Below are positions 54,404-64,000 of a DNA stretch of 64,000 nt, piece after piece. The position numbers and the translations under genes are program-made. The DNA is from Octopus vulgaris. Lineage: Eukaryota. Each line of letters opens with the position of its first letter. Within the stretch, counting starts at the first letter, position 1. Below the pieces are notes generated by a model. The model was not told the origin of the DNA. It was given only the letters and a program-made list of their open reading frames with translations, and did no database searches. The stretch spans positions 24,676,001 to 24,740,000 of the forward strand of contig OX597836.1 of assembly GCA_951406725.2 (NCBI GenBank). The letters run 5' to 3'.

Positions 54404-54544
54404 TAAGGTTGTCCCAAAAGTTCGTAGAAAGTCTTGGAAAATAATGGTCTTTATTTTGAGGAATAATTTTTGTTGCTTTTGTTAGTACTTGGCGAGTAAA
54501 AATTCAATTTTCGCAAGTGTTTACGAACTTTTGGGACAACCTAA
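54404..54544. mobile_element. 141-bp mariner-type MITE in a rhodopsin intron
   Basis: Same TIRs and TA flanks; one substitution seen relative to 10823-10963. Confidence 0.9.
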
Positions 54545-55268
54545 TAGCTTGATCTTTTAAAAATAATACCTAAATTATTCTGAAATTACTCCTTTGTTTT
54601 AGAAAAGGACATATTGAATAATGTGATTTTGGATATCCTTCAAATAGAAAAATGACGAGATAATCACAGCCGGAATGCCTTTTAATGTAAGTGTACTCGA
54701 CTAAGGCTGACTTGGAACAAAACAATATCAGTAACCAGGTTTTCTTGAACCAAGCCTGTTTGTGATTGCTTGACTTAAAAGCAGCAGTCGATTCTCCCTT
54801 AAAGCGTACACTACCATCCAAGATTAGATTGTATTAGATCGGATGGCTTTAGATGCAGTGTTTTTCATCAAAGGTGTGCTCCATTCAGAGCTAAGTAACA
54901 GGCAGGTGTTCTGATATAGTCGCTCTACTTGCACCCAAACACGCTGGAGATCTTATACTGCCGGTTTAAGAAGGAACAATGGATAATCGAATTCATGCCA
55001 TCTTATTTTCAGGTACATGAACTCGATTAGAATGATTTCGCTCATCGAATTGTTGGATTAGGTCTGACCAAAGAGCCTTAACAATAGTAATCATATCTCT
55101 GTCACCAACATCAGCATGTCTTTCCGTCATATAGGAACAACATCTCAGCCTCCTTCAAAGGCCTTGTGCCAAAATTTGAGACCAATATTTCCCAGATTTC
55201 TAGATCGTTAAGGGTAGCTAATGCAATGAAGCCCAGTATGAAGTGGAAAAAGGAAAATAAATACTTAC

Positions 55269-55405
55269 CAACTTTACCGAAAATCCACTTTTTCATAAAC
55301 GCCGATATCGTTTTAAGCGGAAATCCATTAATAGCTGAGAAAGACAAATCAGACATAGCGAGATTGATGATAAACATGTTAGCCGGGGTCTGAAGAGATT
55401 TCGTC
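55269..55405 (-). CDS. RHO: Rhodopsin, second coding exon
   Basis: Acceptor ttccAG (55407-55406) and donor GTAAGT (55268). The 137 nt encode TKSLQTPANMFIINLAMSDLSFSAINGFPLKTISAFMKKWIFGKV (TM2); phases 2 and 1 match the neighbouring exons. Confidence 0.99.
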
Positions 55406-56615
55406 CTGGAAAAAAAGAAGGAAGAAAAGAAAAAAAAATGATTAGTGGAAATTAGATGTCCGTTACGTCACATTCATAATTACTGCTGGCTTTTTTATTC
55501 AAAAATTTGCTTTAGGTAAACAAAGAAGAAATTAATTATTTGATAAATGTTATAGGATTTCCTACAATATATTTCATTATGTATAAGTTTATATTTTACA
55601 TTGACCACAACGGTAAATGATAAAATGAAAGTCTTGCAAATATTTATTATTAGTGTTGATGTAACCATACGAATAAAAGTAAGATGAACTCGCTCACAGG
55701 GGGTTAGAGCCCAGTTCTTTGGGTAACGATGATGAAGGTCCTGCTTACAGCTTGGTCAACTGGGTAAAAATGTTCGTATCAATCTATAACCGATTAAATC
55801 AATCAGGTATGATGGTAATTGAATATACCTGGTTGCATAAATTTATGACCTTCAACCAACATGAGCAATCATTTTGTTACTCATTGCTAGCTAAAGCATG
55901 ATTAAGCTGTACTTGAAAGCTGTACTTCACGACTGCACTTGAAGTGAACGTGCGATAAATCCTGCTGAGAAAGCTTTGACCCTGATAACATTCTAAGAAA
56001 CATCATGGCGTCTAATGACTTCACTCGAGGATACGAGGAAACTTCTATGAGATCACTTAAATCGACAGAAATCGCACCCTATTACCTCATAAAAAAAAGT
56101 CATGGTGGATTACATTATCGTACGTTCGCTGCACATAAGGAAAAGGGAGGATGGTCATGGCTGACATCTCGTTGTTAGTATGTCTCCTCAGTCAAGCTGA
56201 CCTGAGATTAAACAACAGCACAACAACAACATCAACAACAACCACAGATGGTTGCACTGGGCCAGCTTTCTATTCAAATACACTATGAACTTTTTATTTT
56301 AATTTCACTTAGTTGATTTTTCAAACGTGAGACAAGCCAACGAGAACGCCTCAACGTGGTCACACTCACTCTACCAGCTAAAAATAGTAGCCAAATATCT
56401 CTCAAATCACATCATACCGACTTAAAAAGGGAAATGCAGTTTCAATAATGTGATGCTACATATATTGTGATTGAAACCGTGTGATCCTAGTTATAATGTA
56501 ATGACGAATTAAAAGTGAGACTTAAACAACAACAACAACAACAACCATTTATCAAGATGACTTCTGTTTTGTTTTTTTTTTGTTCTTTTTTTTGTTTTGT
56601 TTTTTTCATACTTAC

Positions 56616-56800
56616 TTGGAGAAGAGATAGATTACAACGCCATTACCGAAGATTCCAATGATGCCAACGACACCAATGAAAATACCAACGGAATAGTAGA
56701 CGGCATCTGGGATCGGATCGAACTTGGCCCAATGAGGATGGATGTCAACGGTTGGATTATACCACCATGTCTGGTTCACTAACGTGCTTGATTCGACCAT
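56616..56800 (-). CDS. RHO: Rhodopsin (visual r-opsin), first coding exon
   Basis: ATG at 56800. MVESSTLVNQTWWYNPTVDIHPHWAKFDPIPDAVYYSVGIFIGVVGIIGIFGNGVVIYLFSK is the octopus rhodopsin N-terminus and TM1, with an N-glycosylation sequon NQT. Donor GTAAGT at 56615-56610, phase 2. Confidence 0.99.
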
Positions 56801-56849
56801 TTTCGGTGTTTGGGTGACAACGTTTGTGCTGGAGTACTAGGGAATCTAC
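56801..56849 (-). other. RHO: Rhodopsin 5' UTR segment preceded by a splice acceptor
   Basis: The minus strand reads ttttcttttggttttgattgcAG|G, 49 nt upstream of the ATG. Confidence 0.65.
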
Positions 56850-57493
56850 CTGCAATCAAAACCAAAAGAAAACATATGTCGTTAAAGATATTGCAACAAA
56901 TAAGAACAGATTTGTCATCATTATCATCATCATCATTATTATTACAATTCAGTTTTTATTACCAGTGTGCTTTCACCGCGCTATCAAGCATAGTTCTGCG
57001 CACCTTATGGATGATTTACCTTCTATTTTAGCTTTGTATTTCAAGTTGTGTTAAAAGTACTACTCTCCATTTTCATAAATATGGCCACGTGTGTGCATAT
57101 ATCTGCATTAACAAAATGCCTCAGAATTGCATTGCCTAAAATCTCACAGACGTGCATTTTTTGTGTCAGTGAAACTTTAAGTAATGTAGTTCCTAATAGA
57201 ACAATTAATACAAGTATGTAACCTCCAGGATATGTGTTGAGTGCTGCTTTCTGTCGTCTGCTTTCTGTCGTCTGCACAACTATCTGTGTGCAACGCGCGT
57301 GGGGATGTGTGTGCGTTTGTGTAGCTGGTAAACATTGGGAAATGCGAGTAGTCAATATACCACCTTCTCTCTCTCTCTCCTCAAAACTAAACTAGCTTCC
57401 ATCCCATAATTAAAACTGTGATGCAGTAATGAGCTTTACCAGTTCGTAGCAGACTCAAAGACAGAGATTAATAATTCTTGCAGTAATACGTCT

Positions 57494-57647
<154 letters not shown>

Positions 57648-58203
57648 GTGTGTGTGTATATATATATATATGAGTGCCTGTATGTGTATATGTGTACTTA
57701 TATGTTCGTATATGTTGTAGCTAAGACGATGAAGGAACATGTAATAAGTATACCTGTTATTATGTAGACATCTATGTATATTGTAAGCATATCAGAGTTT
57801 ATATACGAATACGTCTATATGTGAGTGTGTACGTGTGTGTTCGGGGGTTGGGGCGAGGTTTAGCCTGACTTTATTGATGTTGGTGAGCGCTTACTTAACT
57901 AACGCATCTACACTTTATGTATACGCGCATGCGTGTGTGCTTATGAATCTGCAAGATGGCGTGCACGCGTTATAAATGCTTGTACACGAGTGGACAGTGT
58001 TTAGCTGAGAGACAGAGAGAGAAAGAGAGAAGAGCAAAGAAAAGAAAAAAGAGAGAAAGAAAGAAAGAAGAGATGGAAAGAATAAGAAAAAATAAGAAAG
58101 AGATGTTATTCTACTTCAATTTCTTAAATATTCTATTTAACTCCAGAACTGGTGGGTATGTATATGCATGTATGTAAGTATGCATGTATGCATATACATA
58201 TAC

Positions 58204-58248
<45 letters not shown>

Positions 58249-58306
58249 AGCACACACATATTTATATATAAACACATATATATACATCAATATATATATA
58301 TATATC

Positions 58307-58360
<54 letters not shown>

Positions 58361-58393
58361 TATAATATAGATATATATATATATATATATATA

Positions 58394-58435
<42 letters not shown>

Positions 58436-58611
58436 CATACATATATATGTATATGTATATATATATATCTATATATACATATATTTTATATATTATATAT
58501 AGACATATATATATTACATATAAAATGACGTATATACACATATAACATCTATAGAGACAAATATATATATGTATGTATATACACATATTACATATGCATG
58601 TATACTCATAC

Positions 58612-58651
<40 letters not shown>

Positions 58652-59129
58652 ATAAGCGTCAGTGTGTGTACGTGCCTGCGAAGTCTCTTTGGTCATATTC
58701 ATGTGTTTAGTCGTTCCTTGAGAGGATTAACTGATTCTGTTCTACGTTACAGACTAAAATTAGACTTGTTCTTCATCGTCCTTCCCCATCACCACCGCCA
58801 CCACCGCCACCACCACCACCACCACCACCACTACTACCACCACTACAACCACGACTACTACTATCACTACTACTACTGCTACTACTACTACAACCACTAC
58901 CACTACTACTACTACAACCACTACCACTACTACTATCACTACTACTACTACTACTACTAATAGCACACTGCTTCCCTCATCATCACCACTACCACTATTA
59001 CACTTATGTAATGAGAGCAACGACGCTAGCAAACATAGTCATTATTGTCATGTGACTGAGCGGTCAGCAAGTGTGCAAATGTCATTGACGCCGCCTTATT
59101 TCCTGATATCAAGCGTAATAATAATAATG

Positions 59130-59225
<96 letters not shown>

Positions 59226-59233
59226 TGATGATG

Positions 59234-59317
<84 letters not shown>

Positions 59318-59526
59318 TAATCCTTTCTACTCTAGGCACAAGGCCTGAAATTTTGGGGAGGAGAAGAATCGGTTACGTTGACCCCAGTACTCAACTGGTA
59401 CTTAATTTATCAACTCCGAAAGGATGAAAGGCAAAGTCGACCTCGACGGAATAATTTTACAATATTGCCCCAGCATGGCCACAGCTCGTAAGCTGAAACT
59501 GGAAAAATGAAATGAAATGAAATGAA

Positions 59527-59557
<31 letters not shown>

Positions 59558-59639
59558 TAGAGAGGGGGCGAAAGGAGAGAGAGACAGGCAGACAGACAGA
59601 TGCAGAGATAGAGACAGACACAAGAACACACAGAGGTAG

Positions 59640-59707
<68 letters not shown>

Positions 59708-60083
59708 TAATTGATTGATTGATTGGTTGAGTGATAAGAAACCGTAATTCAGTGAGGCCAGGACTGCATTTATTTCGAGAATCACAATTAAATTTGTTTA
59801 TTTCTTGGTTTCTTGACGTAAACCTCAGAGAATTAAGACAGCGGCTTTCAATGCACAATGAGGCGCTATTAAACGTCATAAAGAATTCAACTTGCAAATA
59901 ATTTTTTCTCCTAAGATTGCACCTTAAATATTACGCATGTGGAACTTGCAAGAGTTTCACGAATCGAATACTAAACAAAAAGATACAATTTTAAAATAAA
60001 TTACGTATTTCGAGGTTCTGTAATGTCCACAGGTACATCTAGTGGCTGTTATTATTATTACTTGTTTTATTTTTATTATAATA

Positions 60084-60462
60084 CTAGCATTATCGCCCGG
60101 CGTTGCTCGGGTTTGTTTCGACCCTTTTGAATTGGAATTTTTGAAGAGTAAAAATTTTGCATTATGTAGCTTGTTATTCTCTTTAAGTGAACATTTTTTT
60201 GGTTGAAATACACTGAAAAATGGCGACACAGCAGTCAAAAAATCGAAAAAATAGGGATTTTCATAGAAAGAAAGCACCTTTTTGATTTAAATAATTTTTG
60301 GTGTTAACATGGTCCGATTTGAATTGTTTCTTCTACAGAAGGAAGAGCAAGCCTTCTTCTATTATACTCTCAATTTTGGTCAACTTTCGCCGCAAGGTCT
60401 CGGAGGAGATAGTGTTACTTGAAGGCTACCAAACCTGCCATACACAGACAACTTCAGCTTTG
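60084..60462 (-). mobile_element. Helitron-like element with the same 3' end
   Basis: ctagcattatcgcccggcgttgctcgggtttgt matches 6312-6344; the interior differs and the 5' end is approximate. Confidence 0.7.
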
Positions 60463-60803
60463 CTAATGACGACGGTGAGGATGATTATGATGGCAGTGGT
60501 GGTGATGAAGAAGAGGAAGAGGATAACCAACTTTGTTTTGAGACTATATCTCTTCATAGAGAATGGATGTAATTAATGTAATCGGCTCTCACAACCATAG
60601 TTACATGTTTTATTCACTATATATATGTGTGTGTGTGTATATATATATATAATATACATGCGTGTGAGTGTGTGTGTGTGTATGCATACATGCATGCAGG
60701 CATGCATGCGTTTATGTGTGCATACACGTGTGTGTGCATACACATGTGTGTGTGTGTGTACGGATCACTTCTAAGTCTTGCCAAAGGAGTGCACTATGCT
60801 TCA

Positions 60804-60835
60804 CTGATGAGGTCTAAAAAGAACGAAACATTGCC
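60804..60835 (+). ncRNA. Degenerate hammerhead motif
   Basis: CTGATGA-ggtc(taaaaa)gaac-GAAAC-att-GCC. One stem II mismatch, a mutated cleavage triplet, and no clear stem I. Confidence 0.4.
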
Positions 60836-61220
60836 CGTTTCTTTCATCGGTTGAAATCATCGCCCATCTAAGTGATTTTTAGTTTTCCCCAAATTCCATT
60901 TGTCGCATTTTACTGAAGCTATCCTGCTTGACATATTTTCATATTTTAAAACCTCCTGAGAGAGTTTTTTTTTCTCAAATAACTGCAAAAATATTGTCAT
61001 TTGTTCGACGCACCAATATTACATATGTAAAATACTAATTGTAAATTCGTTTACCATGCAGGACGCTCTTCTGAGCTGTTTTCTCTCATTCTCTATTGTT
61101 TACGTATATATAATACGCATAAATATATGCACACACACGTGCACACACACTCACACAAACACACACATGCATACATACATACATACATACATACATACAT
61201 ACATACATACATACATACAT

Positions 61221-61262
<42 letters not shown>

Positions 61263-62654
61263 TACAGTCTATCTATCAATATAGTGTTAATAAGATAAAC
61301 ACCGGTATAGTTCCTACGTACGTTTCACCATTGTGATTAGTTGGAACTCAATACTGGGTGTTCCAAGCGCATTTGGATGCGAAACTGCAATGGATCATCA
61401 GAGGAACAGTTTATTTAGATAGATGTTTATCTTAATTTCTCCCTACAGATATGCTCTGTATATCACAACTAGTAGACTAACCACAATACTGGAAGCTGAT
61501 TGGATTATGATAATCTACGTGGAGCTCTGACTCATACAGTAGTAGTCGGGCGTCGAACTATACGTACAAGATATCTTTATCTGTGATCACATATACATGC
61601 ATACATACATACACACACATAGATACATACATGCATACATACACACATACATACAAGTATACATACATACAAGTAGACATACATACAAGTATACATACAT
61701 ACAAGTATACATACATACATACATACATACATAAATACACACATACACACATACCTACATACACACACATACATACGCACATACATGCATGCATACATAC
61801 ATACATACATACATACATACTTACACTCATACGCACACATACATGCATACATACACACATACATATACAAATACATGCATACATAAATACACACATACAG
61901 ACGCACACTTACCTACATACACACACATACCTACATACACACACATACATACATTCATACATACATACATACATACATACATACATACATACATACATAA
62001 AGCTGCCTGCATCTATGTTTCTTTTCTTTTTACCTGCTTCCATCGCAACTCGTTAACCTGTCTGCGCCATTTTCCTCAATCACTGGCTTTTCACTCTCTC
62101 TGTCTATCTCCGTTTCAATTTACTCCCTCTCTCTTACCCCCCCTCTCTCTCACCCCCTATCTCTTCTTATTCTTTCAAAGTCACTGTCCCCACCTCTCCA
62201 CCTCTTAATAATACATTATTCCTCCACCACCTCCGACATCACCACCAACAACAACAAATCGTTGTCCATTGTTGTTGTTATTATTATTTAGCCCCAGGCC
62301 GACTTTGATCCATCAAACCTATGATCAAAGGTATTTTAGCTGTGATCTAGGCATCCTTCTCTTTCCGTTTTTTCTTTCTTCTTTTTTCTTTGTATCTAGG
62401 ACAACATTGCTTAACTTCTTCCATTTTTGAATATAAATCTGCGATTTGTTGTAGATTTGACTACCATTTCTTGCAGGTCAAACGGTCACATAGCTCGATT
62501 TCGCTTATAGATTAATCCTTTGCCTTCGGCTGTAGTAGACAGAATGCTATTAACGACACCTAAATCCGCTAACTACGGATTAACAAGCCACCAATGACAG
62601 ATATGGCTTTAATTGGGGAAACATATGCTTATCTCATCTCACAAGTCATCTCTC

Positions 62655-62692
<38 letters not shown>

Positions 62693-62860
62693 GCTTCATG
62701 TAGATATATGTGTGCGTATGTATATGTGTATGCGTATATATAGCCATGTATGTATGTATGTATGTATGTGTATACATATGTATATGTATGTGTGCGTGTG
62801 TGTATGTGTATAGATATATATGTATACGTATATATATACATCCATATATATATACATATA

Positions 62861-62955
<95 letters not shown>

Positions 62956-63206
62956 TTTGATTCTTTGTACGTATTCCCTCTCCATCGATTTATTTGCCTC
63001 ACCGTTCGTCTTTCTCTTCGCTATTATCTCTTTTTCTCTCTCTTTCTTTCTCTCTTTCTCTCTCTTTCTCTCTCTTATATATATTACCTCTCAAATCTCT
63101 TTCTCTTTCTCCTTTTATTGCTTTCCTTTCTCTCCTATTCTGTTTCTTTCCCCGTCCAACTTCTCTCCTTCTCTTGCTCCCTTCCTCCCCCTCTTGCTCC
63201 CTTCAT

Positions 63207-63245
<39 letters not shown>

Positions 63246-63361
63246 GCTATCCTTTCCATCTTTCCATAGGGGCTGGTCCATAGTTATGTATTACTTATGA
63301 GTTTGATAAAATTGTCGACAGGATTCAGGTTAACCTGTATATGCATGTGCGTGTGTTTATA

Positions 63362-63451
<90 letters not shown>

Positions 63452-63690
63452 CTGCGTGTGTAAAGCCATTTGTAAAAAAATATCAAATGCAATAAAAAAG
63501 GTCCTCTTTACTTTCCCTTCTTGATTTCATTTTACAAAATGCTGAAATAATATAGGAAAGGTGAGCGTAGATGTCTGTGTGGATGAACGGACTATATATA
63601 CATACATGCACACATACACACATACACGCATGCATGCATACATACATACACACATACATACATACACACATACATACATTCATACATACA

Positions 63691-63724
<34 letters not shown>

Positions 63725-63734
63725 CATATATACA

Positions 63735-63768
<34 letters not shown>

Positions 63769-63796
63769 CATATATACATACATATATACATATATG

Positions 63797-63850
<54 letters not shown>

Positions 63851-63860
63851 TATATATATA

Positions 63861-63908
<48 letters not shown>

Positions 63909-64000
63909 TTATGTTTCACTCCTTAGCCAAGTTCTAAAAGACCGCGTGTTTTGAAATTCTTGTGAGTGAAACATAACGTACTTGTGTTTATTCTAAGACC

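Noticed and set aside
63909-63976. 13-bp inverted repeat ttatgtttcactc / gagtgaaacataa
   Set aside because: At the window edge with too little context; probably another fold-back transposon end.

Overview
Repeat-saturated, AT-rich eukaryotic DNA from an octopus, judged from the rhodopsin sequence and SINE landscape. Two convergent genes are supported. The first is the complete coding region of visual rhodopsin (Gq-coupled r-opsin) on the minus strand: 3 coding exons, 56800 to 52498, 455 aa, with a splice acceptor in the 5' UTR that implies an unlocated upstream non-coding exon. The second is the last two exons (898-1371 and 16568-16857) of a plus-strand gene whose phase-compatible join across a 15.2-kb intron rebuilds a von Willebrand factor A (vWA) domain with a degenerate MIDAS. 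The rest is microsatellites, four tRNA-derived SINE families, L1/Tx1 and RTE LINE fragments, Tc1/mariner relics, MITEs and Helitrons. The main hidden signal is a set of about 6 Penelope-type minimal hammerhead ribozyme motifs. One is fully canonical (13577-13671) and one has intact helices with a variant core (11573-11610). Several sit in short non-coding elements next to microsatellites. Other points of note are a 34-bp-period conserved-motif/variable-spacer array, a SINE-LINE shared 3' tail with a recurrent GGTATT junction, and a near-identical MITE pair with one copy inside rhodopsin. Almost all other ORFs in the track are microsatellite or SINE artefacts. All calls were made by eye, with no database searches; repeat boundaries are approximate.
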